Origin: the human T2T-CHM13v2.0 reference genome, Homo sapiens
Assembly: GCA_009914755.4 (NCBI GenBank)
Contig: CP068257.2
Span: forward strand, 37,632,001 to 37,696,000
Length of the DNA: 64,000 nt
Reading direction: 5' to 3'
The notes under the pieces were generated by a model, which searched no databases, was not told the DNA's origin, and was given only the letters and a program-made list of their open reading frames with translations. Of the stretch, positions 17,659-33,913 are shown in pieces. Position numbers and translations under genes: made by a program. Each line of letters opens with the position of its first letter. Within the stretch, counting starts at the first letter, position 1.

Positions 17659-17965
17659 AGCCAGGCATGGTGGCTCATACCTGTAATCCTAGCACTTTAT
17701 GAGGTGGAAGCAGGTGGACTGCCTGAGCACAGGAGTTCAAGACCACCCTGGGCAACATGGTGAAACCCTGTCTCTACTAAAAATACAAAAAATTAGCCGG
17801 GCGTGGCAGTGTGCGTCTGTAGTCCCAGCTACTCAGGAAGCTGAGACACGAGAATCGTTTGAACCGGGGAGGCAGGGGTTGCAGTGAGCCAAGACTGCAC
17901 CACTGTACTCCACTGCACTCAAGCCTGGGTGACAGAGTGAGACTCTGTAAAATAAAAATAAAAAC
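17659..17965 (+). mobile_element. Alu SINE
   Basis: agccaggcatggtggctcatacctgtaatcctagcactttatgaggtggaagcagg ... gcctgggtgacagagtgagactctgtaaaataaaaataaaaac. Confidence 0.9.
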
Positions 17966-19721
17966 AAATGTTTCATTAAGCATATACATCAATCACTATT
18001 CCAAAAAAAATAAAATTGATTTTGGATACAACTAGCCTAGAAAAAAGTCTTCAAAGTTCTTCTAAGCATTAGTTCTCCAAGTGCTCCAATGAAGGCTAAC
18101 AACCCAATCCAAAGTGAAGGCTTCTTTTACTTCTTATAAACAATTTCATAAATTTTTGTCTTAGTATATAATAAAAGGATAATAAGCTACAAGATAAATG
18201 ATTAAAGATTAACCAAATTTGGTATTCATGAACTAAAATGAACACTTTTCTAGATTTTAAGGTGGGCTCTACTTCAGCTCATTACTAAGATGACTAAGCA
18301 CCATGCAAAATTTGGCAATGCTGCCGGGTCTCAAGCATATATATGAAAAAGTCTGCAGCCACAACTACCCTAACAGAGATTTCAGAAAGGATGCTCTAAG
18401 TCTATCATGAGTGTAACCTTAAATAGATTACTTTTATACTGTTTTATTCTTCCTTTTAAACTGTAAACTATATTAGTTTAATATCATCAATTTATAGTTA
18501 AGTTAGTTATTTGGTTAACTCTACAGTGTAGAGCTATGCATATTTGTTGTCTGCACCTTTAACTTTCCAGTAACTAAATGTTACGCGTTCGGTGTTGGAG
18601 AAATGAGACATCTACTCAGTAACTGCCAGAACAAACTCACGTCCACGCCCAAGTAAGTCACTGCTTGAATAGTGATACTTCACTATTGTTGCACATGAAA
18701 AGGATGACAATTAGCAAACGTGGAAAAAATAAAGTTACTCGGATATTCAGAGGATTGCTGAATAAGATGTGCATATTAATTCATATTCTCTTAACATAAA
18801 AAGGAAAAAATTGTGTGTGTATATATATTATATATTTTTTTTCCTCCAACTGATCATTAAAACATAAGAACATGGTTTCACCCACATGGTCCTTCTAGGA
18901 GCCACCTGTGCCACAGCACAACCTGCATATATGTACCATTTTGCATCCCTGGCCTGGGACCTTCAGTCATGGTTAAAGCAGATGCCAGTGGGGAGGGAGT
19001 GGCAAAATCTCAAAGCTGGAAAGCTGAAGATGGTGGCAGCAACTCTGCCCATCATACATGTGGACTTAACAGCACCAAAAGCTTTTCTATAAATACTTGC
19101 TGAGATGAAAGTTTTCTCAAGTGGGCAGACCTATCTAAGCAGAGCAAGGAGGACTTGGGGTTTCACTTGTAACTGGAAGCGTCCTATACAATGATTCCTG
19201 ACAAAACGCAACCTGCAACTGTGTCTGGAGAAAAATGTCACATTAAAGTTTATTACGTATTCATGAAATATTGTTGCTATTAATAACTGACAACCCTATT
19301 TAGTCTATCTAGAATTAGGAATTATGAGCCTCTTAGCTGAGCAGTAAGGAAATGTCAGTAAACAAGGCCAATTTTGGCTATGCAACTGGAAATAAGATCA
19401 TTGTTGCCCACGTGAAATGTTTTTTCAGATTATTCTTTGGCATAGAGTTTTTCCGCTTATATTCTGCTTAAAGCCTAAATTAATGTAGTTTTTTGTTTTG
19501 AGGAGTTAAATTCAGGATGTAATATTATTACTGAGTATGAAAGGATAGTTAAGGTAATGGATGTATCCCACGGATTTTAAAACGACAGAAAAATTGTCCA
19601 AGAATGTTTAGTTCTTTTTCCAATAATTTGAATACACAGAAACGCAGCTTTCAGAGATGCCTAATTGTCTATTTGTACTTTGATCATACTATGTAAAATG
19701 TTTTAGAATGCATTTAATCAA

Positions 19722-19790
19722 AGGTCTAAGAACCTGAGAATCAAAGGTCTAAGAACCTGAGAATCAAAGGTCTAAGAATGCATCAGCATC
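19722..19790. repeat. 23-bp tandem repeat, about 3 copies (aatcaaaggtctaagaacctgag)
   Basis: gaatcaaaggtctaagaacctgagaatcaaaggtctaagaacctgagaatcaaaggtctaagaatgcatc. Confidence 0.9.
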
Positions 19791-19830
19791 AATAGGATGC
19801 TACTACACTGCCTCTAAAATACATCACACA

Positions 19831-20201
<371 letters not shown>

Positions 20202-20712
20202 TTAACAGTGCTAAAACCCTTTTACACAATAATTCCTTCAGAATTTATCTTAGGGAAATAATCATGTACAAGGCTATTCAAAGTGTTATTGTCATACGTA
20301 TTTTAGAAACCACTTAAGTACTCAACAATAGAAATTAATTGTGTAAAAGTTAACTTTCTTCTCAGACAGGCTGAATTTATACTCAAAAATACATCTGTAA
20401 ATTCTTTAAAAATAAAAATTTCAAAAAAAAAGGTTTTACATGAAATAAGATTACAAAACTATGTGCAAGCACATTTACCCACGTAACCAACCTGCACATC
20501 CTGCACACAGCAGGTAGCCCCTGAACTTAGAAGTTGGAGGAGGAAAAAAAAATACCCCTGTGTGCAAAGACACCAACTAATAAATATGGAAGGAATAATG
20601 CCATTGGAAAATCTTCAATGGATCCAATACTTGTGGGTAAAAATTTAATGAGAAACAGGATATTCAGATTAGTCTCAAAAGCGCTACTAAAAAAATTAGT
20701 TTAATAATTATA

Positions 20713-21055
<343 letters not shown>

Positions 21056-21220
21056 TTATTTCATTTAAAAAACTATAACAATCTAATCATGAAAAAATAT
21101 CAGACAAAACTGAGGACACTCTGTAACAATACTTGCTAATATTCAACAAAAGTTAAAGGCCAAGAAAGAGGAAAAAGAAAAAAGGCTGAGAGGGGCTGGT
21201 GACAATTAAAGAAAACTAGA

Positions 21221-21538
<318 letters not shown>

Positions 21539-21854
21539 CTAGAAAGATACAACCACTTAAACACAACGCATGAGCCTGAACTGGATTCTGGTCTACGGAG
21601 CAAAATATATCTAAAAAGATGTTACTATAGACCTGACTAGATAATGCTATCTTATAAATGTTAAATTTGCTGATTAGTAACTATAATTATGATTATGTGG
21701 AGAAATTCTAAAAAGATACAGTAGGATCCTCATTTGGTTCTAGAATATACATATGCAAAAAAAAAAATTTTTTTTTTTTAAGAATACACCTGTACATAAA
21801 GAAAAAAGGCCGGGAAAACCTAATGATGTTTGATCTCTATTTCAACCATCTTGG

Positions 21855-21978
21855 GATTTTTTTTTTTAAGAGAGTGTCTCACTACATTGCCCAGGCTGGA
21901 CTTGAATTCCTGGGCTCAAGCAATCCTCCTGTCTCAGCCTCCCAAAGTGTTAGGAGTTCAGAGCCACCACACCCAGCC
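21855..21978 (-). mobile_element. Alu fragment (single arm)
   Basis: (T)n aagagagtgtctcactacattgcccaggctggacttgaattcctgggctcaagcaatcctcctgtctcagcctcccaaagtgttaggagttcagagccaccacacccagcc. Confidence 0.8.
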
Positions 21979-22381
21979 CAAGGTTACTGAAATTGGAGTA
22001 ATCAAATATTGTAATATTTGGTTAATATTGAATATTAATAATGTCATTTTATTTTATTACTATTTTTATATTTCTATTTATCAAATATTTCAATTTGTTA
22101 TAGAATATTTCAATAAATTCAAGTAGTGAAAAAGTTTTTACAATTGCCATACTTTTACCAGTTTAAACACACAGGCACATAAAATGCTCAACAGGTAACT
22201 TAAAAATGTCTCCCTCATATAAATCAGTCATACAGAGAATTTCATGTATGTACGTATATACATGTAGCTGTCTAATATTTAGCAGGCTTTGAATATGCTG
22301 ATTTGTAAAAACAAACTGCCAAAACAAGCAGATCAATTTCTGGCTAAGCCGCATAACCCAAATACTCTAAACAAATTATCA

Positions 22382-22555
<174 letters not shown>

Positions 22556-22798
22556 TTAACAAAGTCATAACATTAAGGAGGGTTTACAAGTTACAAATTG
22601 AAAATTTAAAAATACATACTGTTACAGCATATACTTTTAGAAATGTATTCGACAATAATTTATAATTATAAAAATTTCTAATCATTTCATAGTTTACATG
22701 AGAGAAACAACTTGTTCAATATATTATTTTTATAGCTTCAAAATTACAATCATATTTCAAAAAATCTCATTTGTTACATTGTACCAGAAATTACCTAC

Positions 22799-22949
22799 CA
22801 TTAAGTTATGAAGCAGTTGTCCAGTGTAAGAATTCCACACTTTGAGGACATGATCATTCACAGCTGTGACAACAATGCTATCATTTTGATTCCAAGCTAT
22901 CATTGTTACTTTAGGTTTCATAAACCTTTCCTCTTCGGAAGATAAGTCC
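22799..22949 (-). CDS. BRWD1: BRWD1 coding exon (inferred exon ~12), WD40
   Basis: Covered by track ORF 22757..22966(-). Acceptor is tttttttgttag|GGAC (GG+G=Gly). Translation is [50 protein letters not shown]. Donor is ATG|gtaggtaatttc. Confidence 0.9.
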
Positions 22950-23528
22950 CTAACAAAAAAATACACAACATGTAAGCTTATTTAGATGGCTGGCTATACA
23001 ATGTATACAATCTCTCATCAATACAAAAATAAAGAAATCCAACCCATGTGCCTATCTTATCAACCCTACAGTGAGTTCATCACAGCTGACCCAGAACAGA
23101 CTGTCTAGAAACAGGTGAGGGCAAAACCTGAAGAAGGGAGGGATAATTTAGAAACAGTACAGAGACTGAATAAGGGCAGATTTTAGGACACCATTACTGC
23201 TTATGAAAGCAATGCTTTTTCTCCCTACTTCTTTCCTATTATTTCCTTCTTCTGAATACAAACCTATTGCTAACACTTACTTTCAACTGTTTCTCTCCAT
23301 AGAAGACAAAAAAATTTTAGGAACACAAAAATAAGGTAATTCATATTCATATCCCCAATGTTTAGAAAAATAACTGACACACAGATGTTCAATCTGAACT
23401 GTAAATGGGACTATTCTCATCTCTTCATACAACTTTCCTACAGTCTACTCCTACAGGCCCCTTGGCAAGAACGGTCTTGGATACACATGCCTAGAATGTT
23501 TTTCATCCTTTATAAAAGTGTTATGGAG

Positions 23529-23820
<292 letters not shown>

Positions 23821-23933
23821 AGTGATATGCAAAGGGTCTCTGCATTACAGTAGTCAACAGTGGGGTAGGGAAGGCCTAATGGTTCTGAAATAATAGAATA
23901 CGTTTTAAGAAATTACAAGCATCGGCCGGGCAC

Positions 23934-24237
23934 GGTGGCTCATGCCTGTAATCCCAGCATTTTGAGAGGCCGAGGCAGGCGGATAACGAGGTCAGGAGAT
24001 TGAGACCATCCTGGCTAACACGGTGAAACCTCGTCTCTACTAAAAATACAAAAAAAAGCAAAATTAGCCAGGCGTGGTGGTGGGCACCTGTAGTCCCTAC
24101 TACTCGGGAGGCTGAGGTGGGAGGATAGCATGAACCCAGGAGGCGGAACTTACAGTGAGCCAAGATCGCACCACTGCACTCCAGCCTGGGCAACAGAGCA
24201 AGACTCCGTCTCAAAAAAAAAAAAAAAAAAAAAAAAG
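23934..24237 (+). mobile_element. Alu SINE with a 12-bp target-site duplication (attacaagcatc)
   Basis: attacaagcatc|ggccgggcacggtggctcatgcc ... ctcaaaaaaaaaaaaaaaaaaaaaaag at|attacaagcatc. Confidence 0.9.
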
Positions 24238-24273
24238 ATATTACAAGCATCTAACATGTTTTAATTAACAAAG

Positions 24274-24560
<287 letters not shown>

Positions 24561-24671
24561 TTATAAAACAGCTATCTATGTAATTACAAAAAAAAAACAC
24601 ACAGAAGAGAGAATAATTCTAACTAGATTGATTGGTGTTGAGGGTAGAATAATAGTAAGAAGTAAAATGGA

Positions 24672-25098
<427 letters not shown>

Positions 25099-25127
25099 CT
25101 AAAAGGCTTTTGAAGTAATAACATTGC

Positions 25128-25430
25128 TTTTTTTTTTTTTTTTTGAGGTGGAGTCTAGCTCTGTCGCCCAGGCTGGGGTGTAGTGGCTCCATCTAGGCTC
25201 ACTGAAACCTCTATCTCCTGGGTTCAACTGATTCTCCTGCTTTAGCCTCCCGAGTAGCTGGGATTACAGGCGCATGCCACCATATCCGGCTAATTTTTCT
25301 ATTTTTTTTTAGTAGAGGCAGGGTTTCACCATGTTGGCCAGGCTAGTCTCGATATCCTGACCTCAGGTGATCCACCTGCCTTGGCCTCCCAAAGTGCTGG
25401 GAATACAGGCATGAGCCACTATGCCCAGCC
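25128..25430 (-). mobile_element. Alu SINE
   Basis: (T)21 gaggtggagtctagctctgtcgcccaggctggggtgtagtgg ... cccaaagtgctgggaatacaggcatgagccactatgcccagcc. Confidence 0.9.
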
Positions 25431-26016
25431 ACAAATTAATAACTTTGAATTTACTAACAGATATGTTCCATTTCATCAAGTTGATTCGCCAATATTAGAA
25501 CACTAAAATAAACAGATCAATCAATTCTTACATACAGAAGACTCTGTTTTTCAAGATTTGAAAGCAAGAAAACTTAAAATGAGAAGATATTTTCTCATGA
25601 AGAAAATTATAGGAAAAGTCCCCTTCATGGATCGAGTGCGTCAGCAAGAAAACTAAACAGTTTTCAGTCTCATTTAAAAATTTTCATTCAAGTTTTGACA
25701 GTTTCTATTTTCCTTAATAAAACAATAATAGGTGAAACTGACTTTAAATTATCTTCACCCCCATTCCCTTTATTTCAACTAATCAAGGATTGACAGTATT
25801 CACTTTCATACTGAGATGTAACATTTTTATATATAATAAAGATTTTTTAATTTGTTTATGAGCAAGGGTTATCAAATTTCCAGTATATATACTTTTCATT
25901 CTCTATCACAGATAATTCCACAAAAAAACAAGATCAAATTTATTTTGAAAATGCAATACAATTCTTTGAGCTACAGCAGAGAATATAAGTCAATTTCTGT
26001 TGTTAAAAACAAAGCA

Positions 26017-26275
26017 TTTGGGAGGCAGAGGCAAGAGGATCACTTGAGCCCAAGAGTTCAAGATGAGCCTGAACAAAAGTCTTTACAAAAAATAAACATA
26101 AAAATTAGCCAGGCATGGTGGCTCATGCTCATAGTCCCAGCTACTTGGAAGGCTGAGATGGGGGGACAGGCTGAGATGGGGGGACTGCCTGAGGCCGGAA
26201 TGTCAAGGCTGAAGTGAGTCACGATCATACCACTGGCGCTCCAGCCTGGGCGATGGAGTGAGACCCTAAACCATT
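26017..26275 (+). mobile_element. Alu, 5'-truncated and degenerate, with a 17-bp internal duplication (ggctgagatggggggac x2)
   Basis: tgggaggcagaggcaagaggatcacttgagcccaagagttcaagatgagcctg ... ccactggcgctccagcctgggcgatggagtgagaccc. Confidence 0.75.
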
Positions 26276-26817
26276 TTTTTTAAATAAAAATAAAGCAGAC
26301 ATGATTTCCAGAAGACAAAATGTGGAAACATTTCTCAGAAAAACTGATATGAAAAAGTGCAAAGTTAAAATCAGGAAACAAACTCTAAAGTAAAATCTAT
26401 GACTTTTATTTTTAGAGAGTCTCGCTCTGTCACCCAGGCTGGAGCTCAATTTTCTTTTTTAACCTTAATAATAAAGTATGTTTGCTTACCCTATTTCCCA
26501 GCCTTGGCTCTAAGCTACTTTTAAATTTTTTCAAAAATCCTATCCACAGAAAAGTATAATTTCCACTCTTAACGTACTTGAGTTAATTTTATCTTTTTTA
26601 CTTGTAGAAGCTTTTAAATGCAACATCTAAGAAGGAGGTCAATGCTTTGAACCATAGAAAAAGTACATGTTATTCTTTGCTACACAACGTAAGGATAAAT
26701 TTACCTGGATGTCTCTGTTCACCTGATATGCAGTACGCAGCTATTCACTTATACCACAGCTCTTCGTAATAGAAGGTAGCTATAATCCCCTCAACAAAAT
26801 AACCACTGAGAGACACA

Positions 26818-26850
26818 GAGAGCGAGAGAGAGAGAGAGAGAGACAGATCG
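26818..26850. repeat. (GA)n microsatellite, about 60 nt downstream of the exon ~11 donor
   Basis: agagagcgagagagagagagagagagacagatcg. Confidence 0.9.
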
Positions 26851-26889
26851 AACACCTATGATGCACCTACTTCTAACAATCTCAACTTA

Positions 26890-27012
<123 letters not shown>

Positions 27013-27278
27013 TTACTATATTCACACACTTTCCAACAAGGGCTACAATTAAAATCACATGCAAAAAAAGAATGTAATGAAGCTGTCCTAACAACAGGAC
27101 AATCCACAGGTGTTAATTCAAAAGACAAGGTATTTAGAGCGTATCTGGATGGGAAAAAAAATTTGGTTTGCTATGATTTGCCCGGCCCTATGAAATAAAA
27201 CACACCTCAAACTCAATCAATAGCTTTTCAAACAGATTAAGTTTTGAAAATACAATGTATAAGAATGCTGAGAAGAGG

Positions 27279-27570
27279 CAACCTGCAGTGGCTCATGTCT
27301 GTAATCCCAGCACTTTGGGAGGCCAAGGTGGGTGGATCACAAGGTCAGGAGTTCGAGATCAGTCTGACCAACATGGTGAAACCCCGTCTCTACTAAAAAT
27401 ACAAAAATTAGCCAGGCGTGGTGGCACATGCCTGTAATCGCAGCTACTCAGGAGGCTAAGACAGGAGAATCGCTTGAACCCAGGAGGGGGAGGTTGCAGT
27501 GCAGTGAGCCGAGGCTGCACCACTGCACTCCAGCCTAGGCAACAGAGCTAGACTCCGTCTCAAAAAAAAA
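27279..27570 (+). mobile_element. Alu SINE
   Basis: cctgcagtggctcatgtctgtaatcccagcactttgggaggccaaggtgggtgg ... ctcaaaaaaaaataattaaataag. Confidence 0.9.
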
Positions 27571-28267
27571 TAATTAAATAAGAATGCCAAGAAGAAAAAA
27601 AAAACAGAAAAAAGTTTTGAAGTATAGGAAAATAAGAGCAATAGCTCCATTTTAAACATCTTACTTGTTAATTCAAATTAATTCATGTTGGACACTGTGT
27701 AAAAATAAATCAATCTATTAACAAATTAAGTTCTCAACAATTAGTTTAGCAAAGGGACCTGACACACAATGGAGGCAAAGAAGGAGTATATGATTTAAGT
27801 AATAATTTCTTTGCAGGATATATCACGGTGGTTTCTTAGAAAAGTTTTTTTTAACTACCCAAACAAGAAATTTAATGATCCTTACACATAATTTTTTCAG
27901 TAAATCAGACATCTAGCCAAAGAAAAACTACTTTTGGTCGCTAGAAGCTGGCAGAAACTACAATTCTAAAAACTTACATTTCATGTGTTCTTCCCCCAAC
28001 CCCTGCCCTAGACACTTTTCATTCAATTAATACATTTACTAATAAATACCTGCAATATACAAAGTGACAGTTAATTATATATTATTTCAAAATTTCTGAG
28101 TAGATTTCAGATGTTCTGACTACAGAAAAATGCTCAGTATGTGAAGTGGCAGAGATGTTTATTGGCTTGATTTAATCATCCCACAATGTAAATATATATT
28201 AAAACACCACAGTGTACTTACTCCATAAACATAGACAATTATTAGTCAACTAAAAATAAAAAATAAT

Positions 28268-28620
<353 letters not shown>

Positions 28621-28655
28621 CTATACTAACATGTAGCACATTATATTTGCCTAAT

Positions 28656-28689
28656 AACACACACACACACATACAAAACACACACTTAC
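28656..28689. repeat. (CA)n, read as (UG)n in the transcript, directly abutting the donor of the 41-nt micro-exon
   Basis: acacacacacacacatacaaaacacacacttac on the plus strand. On the gene strand the intron begins gtaagtgtgtgttttgtatgtgtgtgtgtgtgt. Confidence 0.9.
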
Positions 28690-28730
28690 CGATCACCATT
28701 GTTACAAAATTGGATACTATCTACTTTATC
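28690..28730 (-). CDS. BRWD1: BRWD1 41-nt micro-exon (inferred exon ~10)
   Basis: Acceptor is ccccctttag|GATAAAGTAGAT. Translation is DKVDSIQFCNNGD plus CG. Donor is GATCG|gtaagtgtgtgttttgtatgtgtgtg. Phase 0 in, phase 2 out, and the next exon starts with G, giving CGG=Arg. PHIP paralog: DKVDSIQFSNTSNR. Confidence 0.8.
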
Positions 28731-29674
28731 CTAAAGGGGGGAAAAGGACAAATACAAAAATGATCATCTACATGGTCTGTGAATTTGAAAAAATGAAGTT
28801 TTAATGCTAGAAGCCTATTTGCTTTAACAAGCAAAATTTGCACTTGTGTTGCTTAGCCCTGTCATTCAACATGTTTTATAATTTTAAGTGAAGACTAACT
28901 ACAAACCTAAGACTACTAAAATACAGCTTTCATTTCAAAGAAAGGCACATCTAACAGGAAAAAAAGCCTTGCTTCTAAACTTAAAGCAGTATTTATAATT
29001 ACATCTGTTTAAGATGACTTATATGGAAGTGAAATGTGTGGAAAGTGCTCAAAATATAGGCTTTAAAGTAGCTAAAAATAAGGCATTTTCAATTGTTGTT
29101 TTAAGTTATTTAAATCTGTATCTATCAAATAACCTCTGGATGTGGACTGCCTTCCCAAAAGCTTCAAATAAAAGAAAAGATGGCCTAACCCTGACCAGTA
29201 CTTCAGAACACTGACAGTTTTCTATCTTACTATGCATTATTAAAATCACATTCTTATTTCATGGGCTTGGTTAGATAAACAGGCTCACTTAAAGTTAACC
29301 CACCCAGATCAACTGTCATAATCAAGATTTTGAACATAAAGCTAAAATAACCACTGTAAAATATTAGGCCTCTCAAGTGCTAATCTGAGTTGCCAGTGAC
29401 ATACCTCCCCTTTAAATATAATTGCTTGTATGCTTAAATTAAAATTAGAATAGAATTAACAAAAACTATATTGTACCTAGACATTTTCATTTTTATAAAT
29501 ATACAAACATCTCTAACAATATTTTAACTGTCAAATAGAATTCAGCAAAAATTTAAGATAACATTCACAAGCAATGACTTATCTCAGAAATGCAACTATG
29601 ATTTAATATTTTAAAACTTAATACCATCAAAAAGTTATAAATGACAGTTCATTTGTTCAACAGAAAAAAAATTA

Positions 29675-29902
<228 letters not shown>

Positions 29903-30090
29903 TTATAACAAATACCTGAACAAATCAAATTTCCATATTAAAATATAAAAAAGAAAGATCATTTACCCTAAAACTAAGTTTATCTCAACAGTTACATTTT
30001 CTGACTCACTATATAGAGGTTATAAAGCTGAACTTGTAGCTTTAAAAAACAAAATTAATTCAATCTGGAAACATTCACAATCTCCTCCTG

Positions 30091-30668
<578 letters not shown>

Positions 30669-31259
30669 CCCATCTGTATTATTAAGGGTGGCAATATAAT
30701 GCCAATTAAGCACCAGCGCTCTAAAAATATTTTTAAGAAAAGAAGTTCTGCTTTCTAAACAATTCTACATACCTAACCCTAGCTTGTTCAAGTTTTCAGA
30801 TTTTATGAGGGAAAAGTCTTTGACCTATCCGAAAAAAGAGAAAGGTTACCACACAAGTTCACTGTACAAAAACTGAAAAAGAATAATTTCATCAAGATAT
30901 TATGTGTGGGAAATAAATTTAAACTATCAAACATACACAGTTTAGCCTATTCAAAGAAAATCACAAATTTAGATTATCATACACATAGTACTGGCATAGG
31001 AATCACTTGTGTGGACACCTCAAGCCTCCCTTTTACCAGCCATCTCTTATATCACTGATTACTACCAGAAATCAGAGAAAGGCAGACTGGAGGACTGGAA
31101 GAACAAGGCTAACAAAATAAACATCATAAATTGAACCTAATGAAATAAACACCAGAAGTCATTTACCATGTAGCTAATAAAAGTTCTTAGCAACCAAGTG
31201 GTCATTTAATAAATGTTTAAAAAAAAAAAACTAAGAAAAAAATGTGAAGAAGTTCTTAC

Positions 31260-31330
31260 CAACACTAAAAGAAGAACAAAGCATTTGAACGCCTGGCCTA
31301 GGCTTTTCAGTGAACTTCAGGGGACGTGGG
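31260..31330 (-). CDS. BRWD1: BRWD1 coding exon (inferred exon ~8), 71 nt
   Basis: Acceptor is tcttttaaag|CCCACG (AG+C=Ser). Translation is [23 protein letters not shown] plus G. Donor is GTTG|gtaagaac. Phase matches both neighbouring exons. PHIP paralog: [23 protein letters not shown]. Confidence 0.85.
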
Positions 31331-31430
31331 CTTTAAAAGAAGAAGATGCTGCTTTAAAATAGATTATTTTACCACATTAACACAGCTTAAAATATTAGTT
31401 TTAATCTAGCATATTTAAATATTATAATTT

Positions 31431-31555
31431 TTTAAGAGACAGGGTCTCGCCATGTTGCCCACACTAGACACAAACTCTTGGGCTCAAGGGACCCTCCAGC
31501 CTCAGCCTCCCTAGTGGCTGGGGACCACAGGCACACAACACCCAGCTATAATCTT
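31431..31555 (-). mobile_element. Alu fragment (single arm)
   Basis: ttttttaagagacagggtctcgccatgttgcccacactagacacaaactcttgggctcaagggaccctccagcctcagcctccctagtggctggggaccacaggcacacaacacccagc. Confidence 0.8.
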
Positions 31556-31851
31556 ATTTCTATAATACCTTATTGTATATCAAATATTTCCACAGATTTC
31601 CATGTATTTTTACAAAATATAAAAAGATCAAATTAATCATATTTCCTTTAACCCAATACACCCAAAATATCAACATGTAATCCAAATCAATAAAATTATA
31701 AGATACTTTCATATTAAGTCTTTGAAATTTTCCAGTGTGTATTTGAGACTCAAAATACATCTCAATTTGACAACTCAATTTTTAACAAAAATATTTTATC
31801 TATATTTGGATTTCCCAAAACTCATTGAAAATTTCACATACTCGTTATTCA

Positions 31852-32233
<382 letters not shown>

Positions 32234-32656
32234 TTAAATTTAAATTATCAATTCAGTTCCTCAATTGCACTAGCCACATTTAAAGTGCTCAACGATCATA
32301 TATGGCTAGTGACTACTGTATTAGACAGCACAGGTATACAATACAGGTCTTATGACTCTCAAATGTTCCTGCCTGAATTTCCAATTATATACCTATTATT
32401 TTAAATGCCTTACTTTGTCTTTGCAAAAATGTGCTAAGATAGAAAAGCTATGCTTCTTTTACAAATCCTGCTATCTACATAATTATAAATAGGAAATAGT
32501 CAATATGGCACATATGCTGTATATAATAAAAATTAAGTTCAAAGGTTAAAAAAAAGCAACAATACACAATTTCTCATAACAATAAAACTTCATTTCATTA
32601 GATTAAACTGTAACTACATTAAAAAACAAAACCTGTTACATAATTAAAGCCACTTA

Positions 32657-32758
<102 letters not shown>

Positions 32759-33913
32759 CTAAAAAGTAAAACATATACAATTCAGTTTCCAGAACTTCTA
32801 CTTAAGTTACAGTTTAATAGTCTTGCAAACTTAACTTCAATTGACAGTTTCAGGAAATAAACACATGAAATCCAAAATATAGGTAATACTACCGTAGTGA
32901 AAAAATCATAACCTCTCCACATTCATTTATATGTAATATGATCTCAATAAGCCTATTTTCAGAATAAACAAGACTGGCCAGAAAAACTTTAACAAGGTGG
33001 AGATCTAGTCCTACTAGATATTAAAGCATATCACAGAGTGTTAATAATTAAAATGATCAGACAAAACAGGGTACACTGATAGAATGACCAATGGAAAAAA
33101 TACAATCCAAAACTAGACCCTATTCAACCTGGGAAAGCTGACTGAAAAACTGGAAGGAAAAATGGGAGAAAACATGAATCCTAATCTAAGACTTAAGTAG
33201 AATTAAGGTATTATCTCAAATCTGTTGGGCGAACAATGGATCACTGCATAAATGGTATTACAATTGTGCAGTAATCTGGAAAAAAACTAAGTCCATTCTT
33301 CAGACTACATCAGGATACATTCGAAATGGGTCAATGATTTAAATATTTTGAAAACAAAGCCATAAAATAAGGAAACACAGGAACTATACTGCAGCGCAAC
33401 TTCAGAATAAGGCTAACATCTGTACTTAATAAAATACCAAAAGTGCTAAACAAGCAAGCTACAGAAAGGAAGATGAACTAGCTAGAGACATCTAGGAAGG
33501 ATTAAATAGTAGGAAAATGCAAGGAAAACAAACACACACTAAGCAAAGGAATAATATCAGCACAAGTTCAAAAGCAAGGGGGAATATGGTATATGATAGA
33601 AACAAAGATCTATATGAACAAAGTGTTCATTTCTCAAAGTCATGCGGCAATGGGGTAAATGAATAGAGAATCTGGATGTAATCAAAGCAGCTTAAAGGGT
33701 AACTGTACTTTTCAAGTAAAAACACCAGAAGCAGCCAAACGATTTGTCTTACAGCAATATACAGTATTGATTGAAAAAGAAGAGGCAAGATGTAATAAAA
33801 AGCCAAGAGGGAACCCAGTTAATCTAAGAAGCAAGAAGCTTAACTGGAATACAGCTCCACCCTTCTCCCCCTAGAATGGGGAGGAAAGACCAAAAGAGAG
33901 GAGCATCAAAACT

